NCBI GenBank assembly: GCA_002441005.1
Contig: DJWO01000009.1
Span: 402,226-466,225 of the forward strand
From: Candidatus Aminicenantes bacterium UBA6228
GTDB lineage: Bacteria > Acidobacteriota > Aminicenantia > Aminicenantales > Saccharicenantaceae
Length of the DNA stretch: 64,000 nucleotides
Direction of reading: 5' to 3'
This document shows, piece after piece, positions 48,672 to 59,996 of this stretch. A model generated the notes under the pieces. That model was given only the letters and a program-made list of their open reading frames with translations, ran no database searches and was not told where the DNA came from. The first letter of the stretch is position 1. Every line of letters starts with the position of its first letter. The translations under genes and the position numbers were made by a program.

Positions 48672-49763
48672 ATGAATCCAAAGAAAAAGATTAGAGGAGG
48701 CAGAAAGCCTGTTCTGGCCGGCTGGCTGCTTATTCTGGCCATCGGCCTGCTCGGGTTAGGAACGAGCCAGGCTCAAGCTCAGCAAAAGTTTTCAGGCACA
48801 GTCTATTTCGACTACACTTTTTATCTCTCAGACAAAGGCCCCATTACCACTCCCCCTGGAGACAATCCCAATTTCAAAAACAATTTCATGCAATTCCGAC
48901 GCGTATATTTCCGTTATGATAACAAGATCAACAACAATATCAGTTTCCGTTTGACACTCGATGGCGATACAGTCAAAGCCACCGATGCCGGGTCGAAACC
49001 TGATGACAAATTCCGCCCTTTCCTTAAACACATGTACCTTCAGATTAGTGAGCTCATCCCTGATGCTGATCTTAAAGTCGGTATGGCTGATACCATCACT
49101 TTCAAGCTGGCCGAAGACCGCTGGGGTTACCGCAGCGTGGCCAAGACCCTGCTGGACGGTTATAAGGATATTACCGGCAAGGAGATTGATGCCACCAGTG
49201 CTGATCTTGGTGTCAGCCTCACCGGGAAAATTGCCAGTCCGGTGCGCTATGGCTTGATGCTAACTAACGGAGCCGGCTATTCCCATCCAGAAGGCGACAA
49301 ATATAAGAAACTCATGGGGCAGCTCCAGCTTATCCCCCTGCCCGGTCTGTCAGTTGTTGGTTACGTTGATTATGAGAAGCAGGAAGAGGGGGCTAAGGCT
49401 TTAACCTACAAAGGAGATCTGTTCATTGAATCTATCCCCGGCTTGATTCTGGGAGCGGAATACTTTGTTTACCGAAACGACAAGAATCTGGTCGAAGGAC
49501 AGCGTTCTGACCGGTCAGGTTTTTCAGTCTTCGGACGCTATAACCTGATTTCTGACAAGCTCAATGTCTTCGCCCGTTTTGACCGTTATGAACCCGACGA
49601 CCTGATAAATGATGATGAAATTTCACTGGTTATTGCTGGTTTGGACTGGGCTCCGATGAATAGCAGCTTTAAACTTCAGCCCAATATCTGGGTTTATGAC
49701 TATCAAGACTCTCTTAAGAAAAATGATGTGATTTTTAATCTGACTTTTATGATGGCTTTTTAA
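48672..49763 (+). CDS. Outer-membrane porin-like beta-barrel (phosphate-starvation porin candidate), first gene of the pst operon
   Basis: Signal peptide (LAGWLLILAIGLLGLGTSQAQA), beta-strand periodicity, C-terminal ...MMAF. Position downstream of the Pho box and upstream of pstS. Confidence 0.55.
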   Translation: MNPKKKIRGGRKPVLAGWLLILAIGLLGLGTSQAQAQQKFSGTVYFDYTFYLSDKGPITTPPGDNPNFKNNFMQFRRVYFRYDNKINNNISFRLTLDGDTVKATDAGSKPDDKFRPFLKHMYLQISELIPDADLKVGMADTITFKLAEDRWGYRSVAKTLLDGYKDITGKEIDATSADLGVSLTGKIASPVRYGLMLTNGAGYSHPEGDKYKKLMGQLQLIPLPGLSVVGYVDYEKQEEGAKALTYKGDLFIESIPGLILGAEYFVYRNDKNLVEGQRSDRSGFSVFGRYNLISDKLNVFARFDRYEPDDLINDDEISLVIAGLDWAPMNSSFKLQPNIWVYDYQDSLKKNDVIFNLTFMMAF

Positions 49764-49787
49764 TCATGATTCAAAAAGGAGAAAAAC

Positions 49788-50726
49788 ATGAAAGGACAAT
49801 CTAAAACTAAAAAACACCAAAAACCGGTGGCCTGGCTTTTGACTGCCGGTTTGAGCCTGATTCTTCTGGCTGTCTTCCTGGTTTCACCAGCCTCCGCCCA
49901 GAGGAAAATGGTCCAGATTAAGGGCTCTGATACCTTGGTCAACCTGGTTCAGATTCTGGCTGAAGAATTCATGGCCAAAAATCCTGGCACCGCTCTGGCG
50001 GTGGTCGGTGGCGGCTCCGGGACCGGCATTACCGCTATTATTAACGGCACCTGTGATCTGGCTAACCATTCCCGTGAATGGAAAAAATCAGAATTAGATC
50101 TGGCCTATGAAAAAGGTGTTAGACCCAGAATTTTTGCCATCGCCGTTGATGCTCTAAGTATTGTGGTCAATGAGAAAAATTCTATTGACAGCTTAACTAT
50201 GGCTCAGGTTGGTTCCATTTTCCGGGGTGAAATAAAAAACTGGAAAGTTCTGGGCGGGCCTGACCAGAAAATTTCACTCTACGGCCGGCAATCCAACTCC
50301 GGCACTTATTCTTTCCTGCAGGAACATGTGTTGAACAACAAGAACTATTCCTCTGAGGTAAAAGAAATGAATGGCAACGCCCAGATTATAGAGACGGTTA
50401 CCCAGGATGCGGCTGGTATTGGTTACGTGGGAGTTGGTTATGTTTATGATGAGCAGGGCCAGTTAAGAAAAGGAATAAAAGTTTTAAAAATCAAAAAAGA
50501 TGAAAACTCTCCCGATTACTCCCCGCTCGACAAAGAGGCGGTCTATTCAGCTAAATATGCTATTTCCCGGCCGCTCTATCAATCCACTAACGGGAAACCT
50601 TCCACTGCGGTCAGTCAGTTTCTCAAGTTTGAACTCAGCCCGGAAGGACAGGCCATCGTCGAAAGAGAAGGGTTCTTCCGAATCGGAAAAGACCTAATGG
50701 AACAGAACGAGAAGAATTTAAGATAA
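49788..50726 (+). CDS. pstS: Phosphate ABC transporter substrate-binding protein
   Basis: Signal peptide and PBP fold (GSDTLVNLVQILAEEFMAKNPG...GGGSGTG); ~312 aa. Confidence 0.85.
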   Translation: MKGQSKTKKHQKPVAWLLTAGLSLILLAVFLVSPASAQRKMVQIKGSDTLVNLVQILAEEFMAKNPGTALAVVGGGSGTGITAIINGTCDLANHSREWKKSELDLAYEKGVRPRIFAIAVDALSIVVNEKNSIDSLTMAQVGSIFRGEIKNWKVLGGPDQKISLYGRQSNSGTYSFLQEHVLNNKNYSSEVKEMNGNAQIIETVTQDAAGIGYVGVGYVYDEQGQLRKGIKVLKIKKDENSPDYSPLDKEAVYSAKYAISRPLYQSTNGKPSTAVSQFLKFELSPEGQAIVEREGFFRIGKDLMEQNEKNLR

Positions 50727-50750
50727 CCTCAGATTCAAAGCAGTAAGAAA

Positions 50751-51656
50751 ATGAGATCAGTTAAGAAGAAGGGCCTCCTCGGAGACCTAAGAGAAAGCCT
50801 TATTCACCGGCTTTTTCAGGCCAGCGGCATGCTGGCCATTCTCATCCTGGCCGGTATTCTGGCCCTCCTTCTTTACACTTCGGTTCCGGCTTTCAAAGAG
50901 ATCGGTTTTAAGGAATTCCTGACTTCAACCCACTGGGATCCAACTTCGCCTGAAAAACCTGAATATGGCTTTCTATCCATGCTGGCCAGCACGTTTATGA
51001 TCACCGTTGGAGCCATGCTCATAGCCTTCCCTCTGGGTGTAGCTGTTGCTTCTTATCTTTCCGATGTAGCTTCTCCCCGGGTAAGAGAAATTGTCAAACC
51101 CATAGTCGAATTGCTGGCGGCTATACCTTCAGTTGTCGTTGGTTTTATTGGCATGAATCTGGTCGGCCCTTTTCTGGCCAGAATTTTCAACCTGAGCAAC
51201 GGACTGAATGCTCTCAATGGCAGCCTGCTTCTGGCTATCATGGCTTTGCCCACCATCATCAGTATTTCTGAGGATTCCCTGAATGCCGTCCCGGCCGCCT
51301 ACTCTGAAGCTTCCCTGGCTTTAGGTGCCAATGTCTGGCAGACTCTGATTAAGGTAAAAATCCCGGCGGCGGCCTCCGGCATAATTGCTTCCTTAATGCT
51401 GGGTATGGGACGGGCCATTGGTGAAACCATGACGGTTCTGATGGCCACCGGTAATGCCCGGGCTTTCCCTCATGGTTTTCTTCAATCAGTTAGGACCCTG
51501 ACTGCTAACATTGCTATCGAGCTGGGGGAGGTCCCGTTTTTCTCAACTCATTATTACGCTCTCTTTGCTCTCGGACTGGTTCTTTTCCTGATAACGTTTT
51601 TCATCAACCTGTCGGCTGACGTCATACTGGAAAAACAGAAGAAGAAATTACAATGA
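50751..51656 (+). CDS. pstC: Phosphate ABC transporter permease PstC
   Basis: Six TM segments and the EAA-like loop (SEASLALGANVWQTLIKVKIPAA). Confidence 0.85.
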   Translation: MRSVKKKGLLGDLRESLIHRLFQASGMLAILILAGILALLLYTSVPAFKEIGFKEFLTSTHWDPTSPEKPEYGFLSMLASTFMITVGAMLIAFPLGVAVASYLSDVASPRVREIVKPIVELLAAIPSVVVGFIGMNLVGPFLARIFNLSNGLNALNGSLLLAIMALPTIISISEDSLNAVPAAYSEASLALGANVWQTLIKVKIPAAASGIIASLMLGMGRAIGETMTVLMATGNARAFPHGFLQSVRTLTANIAIELGEVPFFSTHYYALFALGLVLFLITFFINLSADVILEKQKKKLQ

Positions 51657-52537
51657 AAACTTCGGTCAGAAAAAGCGGAAAGAACTCGAGGAGTCAGCTC
51701 ACTCAGTTTCTGGGTTTTTTGGCTCTCCGGCTCTCTGTTTATCTCGTCTTGTTTGTTCTCATCTATTTTTTATACGATGTTTTGAGCCATGGGTCCAAAG
51801 TCATTTCCTGGGAATTTTTAAGCCAGGCCCCCAGGAAAGGCATGACCGAAGGCGGTATCTTCCCGGCTATTTTTGGCACTTTTCTGGTTACCCTTATAAC
51901 CGCTGCCGTCGCGGTTCCTCTGGGCATGGCGGCTGCCATCTATCTCAATGAATATGCCCGGGCGGGGCGGCTGACCAGGTTGATCAGGTTGTCGATCAGG
52001 AATCTGGCCGGAGTTCCTTCAGTGGTCTATGGCTTATTTGGAGTCATATTGTTTGTCAACCTGTTGAAGCTGGGCACCTCAGTTCTGTCTGCGGGCTTGA
52101 CTCTGGCTTTATTGACTTTACCCTGGACAATTACCGCCAGCGAAGAAGCACTGAAAACTGTCCCCGATTCTTACCGCGAAGGTGCCCTGGCCCTGGGGGC
52201 TACCAGATGGCAGATGATTCGAACCAATGTTTTACCCTATTCGATTCCAGGCATGTTGACCGGAGCTATCCTCGGTCTGGCCAGAGCCGCCGGTGAAACT
52301 GCTCCAATCATGTTTACCGGCGTAGCTTTCTACCTGCCGTTTCTGCCTGCTTCCTTAAAAGACCAGTTTATGGCTCTTCCCTATCATCTTTATGTTATGG
52401 CTACCCAGCATCATTCTCTGGACAGAGCTAAGTCCTTAGCCTATGGAACAGCTTTGGTTCTCATCGTTTTTGTGATTCTTTTTAACCTGACGGCAGTTAT
52501 CATCAGGTCAAGACTCAGGCGAAAGTGGAAAAATTGA
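51653..52537 (+). CDS. pstA: Phosphate ABC transporter permease PstA
   Basis: Second permease with an EAA-like loop ([23 protein letters not shown]). Overlaps the pstC stop. Confidence 0.85.
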   Translation: MKTSVRKSGKNSRSQLTQFLGFLALRLSVYLVLFVLIYFLYDVLSHGSKVISWEFLSQAPRKGMTEGGIFPAIFGTFLVTLITAAVAVPLGMAAAIYLNEYARAGRLTRLIRLSIRNLAGVPSVVYGLFGVILFVNLLKLGTSVLSAGLTLALLTLPWTITASEEALKTVPDSYREGALALGATRWQMIRTNVLPYSIPGMLTGAILGLARAAGETAPIMFTGVAFYLPFLPASLKDQFMALPYHLYVMATQHHSLDRAKSLAYGTALVLIVFVILFNLTAVIIRSRLRRKWKN

Positions 52538-52539
52538 TC

Positions 52540-53322
52540 ATGGACAAGACAGATATCAATGCAGTTTATAAGCCAAAAATATTGGTTGAAGATCTGAATC
52601 TCTATTATGGTCAGAAACAGGTCCTGAAAAGTATCAGCCTGGCCATTCCGGAAAATCAGGTTACAGCCATTATCGGCCCTTCCGGCTGTGGCAAATCCAC
52701 TTTTATCCGGGCTCTTAACCGGATGAATGACCTCATTCCAGAAGCCAGGGTGGAAGGTAAAATCTTAATAGATGATGAGAATATTTACGACCGGGATATT
52801 GATTTAGTCGCTCTGCGTAAAAAGGTAGGCATGGTTTTCCAGAAACCAAATCCTTTTCCTAAATCAATTTTTGATAATGTTGCTTATGGCTTAACCATTG
52901 GCCATCACCGGGGTAAAGCTTCGCTGGAAACAGCCGTTGAAAAAAGTCTGCGGCAAGCAGCTTTGTGGGAAGAGATTAAAGACCGTCTGGAACAGAATGC
53001 CCTGAAACTATCGGGTGGGCAGCAGCAGCGTTTATGCATTGCTCGGACATTAGCGGTTGAGCCGGAGATTATTCTCTTTGACGAGCCCTGTTCAGCCATA
53101 GATCCGATCGCCACCTCCAAGGTCGAAGAGCTGATCCATCAACTGAAGAAGAATTACACGGTGGTCATTGTCACTCACAATATGCAGCAGGCAGCCCGGG
53201 TGTCTGATTTTACGGCTTTTCTCTGGCTGGGGGAGCTCATCGAATATGACCGGACTGATAAAATTTTCACCAACCCGGCCAATAAATTAACCGAAGATTA
53301 TATAACCGGAAGATTTGGCTAA
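52540..53322 (+). CDS. pstB: Phosphate ABC transporter ATP-binding protein
   Basis: Walker [10 protein letters not shown], signature LSGGQQQRL, Walker B ILFDEP. Start set to ATG 52540; GTG 52525 is also possible. Confidence 0.85.
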   Translation: MDKTDINAVYKPKILVEDLNLYYGQKQVLKSISLAIPENQVTAIIGPSGCGKSTFIRALNRMNDLIPEARVEGKILIDDENIYDRDIDLVALRKKVGMVFQKPNPFPKSIFDNVAYGLTIGHHRGKASLETAVEKSLRQAALWEEIKDRLEQNALKLSGGQQQRLCIARTLAVEPEIILFDEPCSAIDPIATSKVEELIHQLKKNYTVVIVTHNMQQAARVSDFTAFLWLGELIEYDRTDKIFTNPANKLTEDYITGRFG

Positions 53323-53335
53323 TTGGAAAATAGAA

Positions 53336-54010
53336 ATGACCGAAAGAACCTTTGATCTGGAATTAAATGAGCTCAGGGAAAAAGTAGCTTATCTGGCGGG
53401 AATAACCAGGCGGGTACTGGATACTTCCAGCCAGTTATTAACAGAACAGGATCTATCTTTGAGGACTGAAATAGTTCGGCTGGAAAAGGAGTCTGACCTG
53501 CTGGAAAACGGGATTCAGGACAAGGCCTCCACCCTGATGGCCCGCTATCAGCCGGTAGCAGTTGACCTCCGATTCCTTCTCGCCTCAATGAACATCGCCC
53601 ATGAGCTGGAGAGAATTCCTGATCAGTGCCTGAATCTTGTTCAGCGACTGGAGGAAGTCAGGGCTTTTCTACCGGTAAAACTCCCGGCCGAACTTTATGA
53701 AATGATTTCCAGAGTAAAGGAAATGTTAACCTTAGCTATTGAGGCCTATCTCCAGAAAGAAGACAGGTTGGCCAGCCAGACCATCGGGCTTGACGTTTTT
53801 GTCGATGACCTTAAAACCCTGGTCATGAATAAGTACCTGGACCGGGTCAATAAAAAAGAGATAGACCCGCCCCTGGCTGTTTTTTTCATCCTCTTGAGCC
53901 GGCATTTGGAAAAAATAGGAGATCTGGCTAAGAACATGGCTGAAGAAGCTTATTATTTAGTCCGGGGAGAGTTTATCAAGCATCTGCTGACTTCCGGCTC
54001 TCGCCTCTAA
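53336..54010 (+). CDS. phoU: Phosphate-transport regulator PhoU
   Basis: Two PhoU repeats with E/D-rich metal sites (ELERIPDQC, HLEKIGDLAKNMAEEA). Start set to ATG 53336. Confidence 0.8.
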   Translation: MTERTFDLELNELREKVAYLAGITRRVLDTSSQLLTEQDLSLRTEIVRLEKESDLLENGIQDKASTLMARYQPVAVDLRFLLASMNIAHELERIPDQCLNLVQRLEEVRAFLPVKLPAELYEMISRVKEMLTLAIEAYLQKEDRLASQTIGLDVFVDDLKTLVMNKYLDRVNKKEIDPPLAVFFILLSRHLEKIGDLAKNMAEEAYYLVRGEFIKHLLTSGSRL

Positions 54011-54148
54011 AAGCCTGTCCTGACAGCCGTCAAGCTGGAGCTTTAAATCCTCAATTCCAGATTATATCGAATCACCTCAGAACAAACCGGGCAGTCGAAG
54101 TGGACAATAGCTGTCTAAAATCGTATAAACATAGAGAGGAAAAATTCA

Positions 54149-54838
54149 ATGGTCAGGACCATTGCGGTGCTGGATGATGAAGAAGATATCCTGGAGCTTC
54201 TTCGCACTTATCTGACTAAAGCCGGATTTAAAGTTGAAGCGATGGCTGAGCCGGAGAAGTTTTTAAAGACTGTGGCCAAGGAGCCGCCTGATTTAATTCT
54301 TCTCGATCTGATGCTTCCCGGGACTGATGGCCTGGAGATCTGCCGTTATCTTAAAAACAGACCGGAAACAGCCTCTGTTCCCATTATCATGCTGACCGCC
54401 AGAACCCAGGAAGCTGACCGGGTAACGGGGCTGGAGCTTGGAGCCGATGATTATATTACCAAGCCATTTTCTCTCCGCGAGCTGGAGGCCAGGATAAAGG
54501 CTGTCCTCCGGCGCCAACAGGCCACAGCCGCTGAAAGTTCAGCCAGAAGAATCCTGGCCGGCGGACAGCTGGTTATTGATCCAGAAAAACATGAAGTTCA
54601 AGTCAACGGCCAGCCGGTGGAGCTGTCCTTAGCTGAATTTAAGATTTTAGAATTACTGGCTTCCAGACCGCGCCGGGTTTTTAGCCGGGATGAGATTTTA
54701 GATCATCTCTGGGGCCAGGAGAAAGTGGTGGTCACCAGAACAGTTGATGTTCATATCCGCCATCTGCGGCAGAAACTTGGACAGCTGGCCTCACTTATTC
54801 AAAGTGTCAGAGGCGTCGGCTATAAATTTGAGGAATAA
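54149..54838 (+). CDS. OmpR/PhoB-family response regulator (receiver plus winged-helix); no sensor kinase gene adjacent
   Basis: Receiver motifs (DDEEDI, phospho-acceptor D in ILLDLMLPGTDG, ...TAR...K). C-terminal trans_reg_C (VFSRDEILDHLWG...RTVDVHIRHLRQKL). Confidence 0.8.
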   Translation: MVRTIAVLDDEEDILELLRTYLTKAGFKVEAMAEPEKFLKTVAKEPPDLILLDLMLPGTDGLEICRYLKNRPETASVPIIMLTARTQEADRVTGLELGADDYITKPFSLRELEARIKAVLRRQQATAAESSARRILAGGQLVIDPEKHEVQVNGQPVELSLAEFKILELLASRPRRVFSRDEILDHLWGQEKVVVTRTVDVHIRHLRQKLGQLASLIQSVRGVGYKFEE

Positions 54839-54874
54839 TTTCTGCCAGGCTAAGAGTCTATTAAATAAACTGCC

Positions 54875-56131
54875 CTAAAACTTAAAACGCAAACCTATTT
54901 TTAGACTGAGGCCGGAATAATTAACTTCGGCCTTCCGTGGATTCATAACTCCAGGCTCGGCCGGCACCTGATCCCGGATAAAAAGAACAGGACAGGAGAC
55001 GTTAGGTGCGGTTTGGACCTGCCAGTAATAAAGATCCCCTCTTTCTGTCTGCTCAAACCCGTCTGAATCAAGGTAAATATTGTCCCCGTCAAAGTTCTTG
55101 ACCTTAGCTGAGCGGTAAAATCCCTCTAAAAAGAAGTCCAGCCAGGAAGTAACCGGCCGGTTGACCCCACCGGCCACCAGCCAGCCAAAGGACTGCCCTG
55201 AAGCCTGCCCCGTCCAGCTCATCCAGTTTTCTTCAGGTGTGCCAACCGATTGGTAAACTGCATAAAGATAATTGACTTTGGCCAGATGGTACTCAATTCC
55301 TGTTTTTAAATAAAAATCTTTTACCGGCTCAAACCTCACCGAAATTCTAAGCGGTAGATCCTTCAGGCCAATTTTCGTTCTGACTGAATAATTAGTATCG
55401 CTGGCAGTAAAATTAGTAGTATTAGCCTTAGCCGGCTGGAAATAATCAAATCCCAGGCCGAGATGTAAGCCAGGATAAAATTCGTAATAGACATCAAGCC
55501 CGTAACCCGGGCCAAAGTGAAGCCCGGTCAGATCAGCCTGCCGGTCATAACCAAAAGCCTGATAATAATAATTGGTCACGCCTTCTGCGGCTTGATTCAA
55601 ATCCGATGGCCGAAGATAAGTCAGCAAACCATGAACGGACAGAGAAACCTTTTTTAAAACCGAAGCGACTGAGACCCCGGTGGTGGCTGTTTCCCGGCCG
55701 TAATCAGTCCTGGTTTCTGGCTTTTTCGACTCTTTAGCCGGCTCGGCCCGCCTGGTGTCAGCCGGTTTTTCCTTCTTAACCGGAGCAACCTGCTCCCCGC
55801 CAGCGGGAGTAATTACTTCCACCAGGCTTTCATGGATGTAACCCTGCCCACTGGTTCCATCAGCTTTTTCAAACAAAACCAAAAACCATTCCCCTTCTTT
55901 TTTTTCAGCCTGAAACTCTGTTCCTTCTGGCACTTGAAACAACATCTCACTGCTGATGTCAGGTTTGACCCGGATATTGGCCTGTTCTGAAACGACCCTG
56001 ACCCTTAAATTCTGGTTCTGCCCAGGTAAGTCTAAAGCTGACCAGCCCAGGCTTAAAACAGACATGATCAAACACCACCTTATTTTTTTTCTTTCAGTCA
56101 TTTGTCCGCCTTGAAAGACAGTATAAATCAA
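54875..56131 (-). CDS. SH3b-domain protein fused to an outer-membrane beta-barrel-like C-terminal region
   Basis: SH3_3-like segment (ANIRVKPDISSEMLFQVPEGTEFQAEKKEGEWFLV). Strand-like C-terminus ending LRFKF. Likely start is an internal ATG (MTERKKIRW... signal peptide). Confidence 0.45.
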   Translation of the reverse strand: MIYTVFQGGQMTERKKIRWCLIMSVLSLGWSALDLPGQNQNLRVRVVSEQANIRVKPDISSEMLFQVPEGTEFQAEKKEGEWFLVLFEKADGTSGQGYIHESLVEVITPAGGEQVAPVKKEKPADTRRAEPAKESKKPETRTDYGRETATTGVSVASVLKKVSLSVHGLLTYLRPSDLNQAAEGVTNYYYQAFGYDRQADLTGLHFGPGYGLDVYYEFYPGLHLGLGFDYFQPAKANTTNFTASDTNYSVRTKIGLKDLPLRISVRFEPVKDFYLKTGIEYHLAKVNYLYAVYQSVGTPEENWMSWTGQASGQSFGWLVAGGVNRPVTSWLDFFLEGFYRSAKVKNFDGDNIYLDSDGFEQTERGDLYYWQVQTAPNVSCPVLFIRDQVPAEPGVMNPRKAEVNYSGLSLKIGLRFKF

Positions 56132-56297
56132 ACAAAATAAAATCTAAACATAATAGACAGCCTGTCGCCAGCCAGGTTCTCTCCGGCTGATTTTTTAGCC
56201 TCAAATTTAACGGCTGGCCCGGACCCGGCCTCTTGACCGCTTCAGGTCCCATCTGGCCTGACGGACCCGACCAGCAGGTTTAATGGCCTAAAACCTA

Positions 56298-57605
<1,308 letters not shown>

Positions 57606-57751
57606 TCAAGATATTGAAAATGTTTTGTTTTCTGATTTTAATTTTAGCATAGCCTCAATCAGAATTCTAACCGTGAGCTGATCTGATAAATCCAGCTTTA
57701 AAAAACCCGGTCTTCAGTCCCGGTTGCATTAAGACTGATATTTAAATTATA

Positions 57752-58579
57752 GTGTTGAAAGAGAAGTCAAGGAGTAAAAAAGTGGCTAAAATTTATTATG
57801 TAGGCGATTGGGCTATTCTCACCGGCCCGGTTTTTGCAGAAACTCCTTTTTATCATTCGCCCAAGGGACTTGATATTTTCAATTATGGCCGCTGGCTAAA
57901 GGAAGCTCTGGAGAGCGATGGCCGGCACCAGGTTCAGTCCGTCCCGGCCTGGGATTTCTACAATCAGCTCGGACCCGGCGATTATGAAAGAGTTCTGGCA
58001 GATTATGATGTTTTTATCTTTAGCGATATAGATGCCAAGCTTTTTCAACTTGCCCCGAGTTTTTTTGACCGCGAAAAATTCGGGAAAAAAATTCTGACTT
58101 TCCCCGACCGTGTCCGGCTGACGGTTGAAGCCATAGAAAAGGGCAAATCAGCCATGTTTTTGGGCGGCTGGTATTCTTTTACCGGTGAGCAGGGCAAGGG
58201 CGGTTGGGGCCGGACTCGCCTGGCTGAGATTCTTCCCGTTAGCTGCCTTGATTATGAAGATTTAATCGAGTCAACTGAGGGCTTTTCGGCGGAAGCTACA
58301 TCCGCTGGCCGGCAGGCTTTCTCGGCTGTGGATCTCAGTCAACTCCCGCCTCTTCTGGGCTATAACCGGACCAGGCCCAGGCCGGAAGGGGAAATTCTGC
58401 TTAAGATTAAAGAAACAGGTGATCCTTTACTGGCCGTGATGAAAGCCGGGAAAGGCTGGACTTTAGCTTTTACCTCTGATCCTGCTCCTCACTGGGGATG
58501 TAATTTTGTTTTCTGGGATAAATACCAGGAATTCTGGCAGCGCAGTCTGGATTTAATCTGGCCGCTCAAGAGCTTTTGA
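57752..58579 (+). CDS. Hypothetical protein, possibly a class-I glutamine-amidotransferase-like (ThuA/DUF1355-like) fold
   Basis: Weak resemblance only (YDVFIFSDIDAKLF...MFLGGWYSF). No catalytic triad confirmed. Confidence 0.3.
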   Translation: MLKEKSRSKKVAKIYYVGDWAILTGPVFAETPFYHSPKGLDIFNYGRWLKEALESDGRHQVQSVPAWDFYNQLGPGDYERVLADYDVFIFSDIDAKLFQLAPSFFDREKFGKKILTFPDRVRLTVEAIEKGKSAMFLGGWYSFTGEQGKGGWGRTRLAEILPVSCLDYEDLIESTEGFSAEATSAGRQAFSAVDLSQLPPLLGYNRTRPRPEGEILLKIKETGDPLLAVMKAGKGWTLAFTSDPAPHWGCNFVFWDKYQEFWQRSLDLIWPLKSF

Positions 58580-58676
58580 ACTGGCTTAAAGGGATAGAAT
58601 CAACCGGAGAGTCATCCTCACTATAAAAGAGGAAAGTTTTTAAAAAATTGACCATTCAGGAGCTTAAAGGCTTCAA

Positions 58677-59996
58677 ATGAAAAACATATCTGGCCAGAGG
58701 AATAAAGGAGAAAGCCAAATGGAGAAAAACAGGGCAACTGATTATTTGCAGGCTGGTTATGGTGAAACCGACCTGACTCCGCCCCTTGGGACGGACCTGG
58801 CCGGATTTGGCTTTTATTTAGACCGGCGGGCAACCGTTGTCCGGGACAGACTTAAGACCAGAAGTCTTTGCCTCCAGGGCAAGGAGGAAACAATTCTTAT
58901 CCTCAGCCTCGACCTTCTTTCCCTATCAGTTGATTTTGCTGACCGTTGCCGGCGGCAAATCTCAAGGGAGACTGGAATCCCTTTTAAAAATATTCTTCTG
59001 GCCTGCACTCATACTCACTCCGGACCAGCCGTTCAGCCTCTGCCCGGACTGGGGAAAATAAACAGGGAATATGTCAGCCGGCTGTCTGGTTTATTTCTGG
59101 AAGCAGCCAGTAAAGCCAGAGCTAACCTGGAAGAGGCAGAGGTTGGTTTCCAGGCCGAGGCAGTGGAACCAATCGGTTATAACCGGCGGCTTAATAGCTT
59201 TTCTCCAATAGATCCCTGGCTAAAGACCGGAATTTTTAAACAGAAAAAGAGAACCATTTTTCTGCTGAATTATGCTTGCCATGCCGTCACCCTGGGGCCG
59301 ACTAAAGAAATTTCATCCGACTGGCCCGGAGCAGCTGTTAATGAAATAGAAAGGAGCGGGAATAAGGCTCTGGTCCTTCAGGGATTCTGTGGCGATATAG
59401 ATCCGGTCACCTATCTGAACCGGCGGCTGGGAGCGACCCGGGAAGACTATTATCTCTCAGGCCGGATAATTGCCGCCAGGGCCCTCAAATCGGTGAAATA
59501 TACTAAATTCCGGAAGGACGTTGTCTTAAAATCGGCTGAAAATAGAATCCGCCTGCCGCTGTCTGTTTTTCCCTGGGAAGATCTGGAAAGGGAAACGGCC
59601 GCGGCTCTGGAGGCCAACCAGCAGTTTCTTCATGCTGCGCGGGTCATCAGCCTCTGGCGGAAAAAAATTGAGAAACATTATAAGGCTTTCGCTTCTTCCC
59701 CCTGGCTTGAAAATGTGCCGGTCCAGGCAATAAGAGTTGGCGAGATGCGAATCCTCTGCCTCCCCGGTGAAGCGTTTTGCAGCCTGGGGCTTAAGCTCCG
59801 AGAAAAATTCCCGTCTTTAATGACTGCTGGCTATGCTAATGGTGATGTCGGTTACTTGCCGACGGAGGAAGCCTATCTAAATCCTGACGATTATGCCTGC
59901 TATTGTGCCCCAAAATTTTACGGGCTTTTTAATTTTGCTCCGGCGGTAGAAAAAGTTTTAATTGAGGAAAGCAGCCGGGTGCTGTCTTCAATCTGA
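58677..59996 (+). CDS. Neutral/alkaline ceramidase-like hydrolase
   Basis: N-terminal GYGETDLTPPLGTDLAGFG and the metal-binding CTHTHSGP motif characteristic of neutral ceramidases. Family call from memory. Confidence 0.5.
   Translation: MKNISGQRNKGESQMEKNRATDYLQAGYGETDLTPPLGTDLAGFGFYLDRRATVVRDRLKTRSLCLQGKEETILILSLDLLSLSVDFADRCRRQISRETGIPFKNILLACTHTHSGPAVQPLPGLGKINREYVSRLSGLFLEAASKARANLEEAEVGFQAEAVEPIGYNRRLNSFSPIDPWLKTGIFKQKKRTIFLLNYACHAVTLGPTKEISSDWPGAAVNEIERSGNKALVLQGFCGDIDPVTYLNRRLGATREDYYLSGRIIAARALKSVKYTKFRKDVVLKSAENRIRLPLSVFPWEDLERETAAALEANQQFLHAARVISLWRKKIEKHYKAFASSPWLENVPVQAIRVGEMRILCLPGEAFCSLGLKLREKFPSLMTAGYANGDVGYLPTEEAYLNPDDYACYCAPKFYGLFNFAPAVEKVLIEESSRVLSSI

Noticed and set aside
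54111-54128. E. coli-type Pho box (CTGTCTA-AAAT-CGTATAA) upstream of the response regulator
   Set aside because: Only the first half-site is a reasonable match. Kept as a low-confidence note within another finding rather than as a feature.
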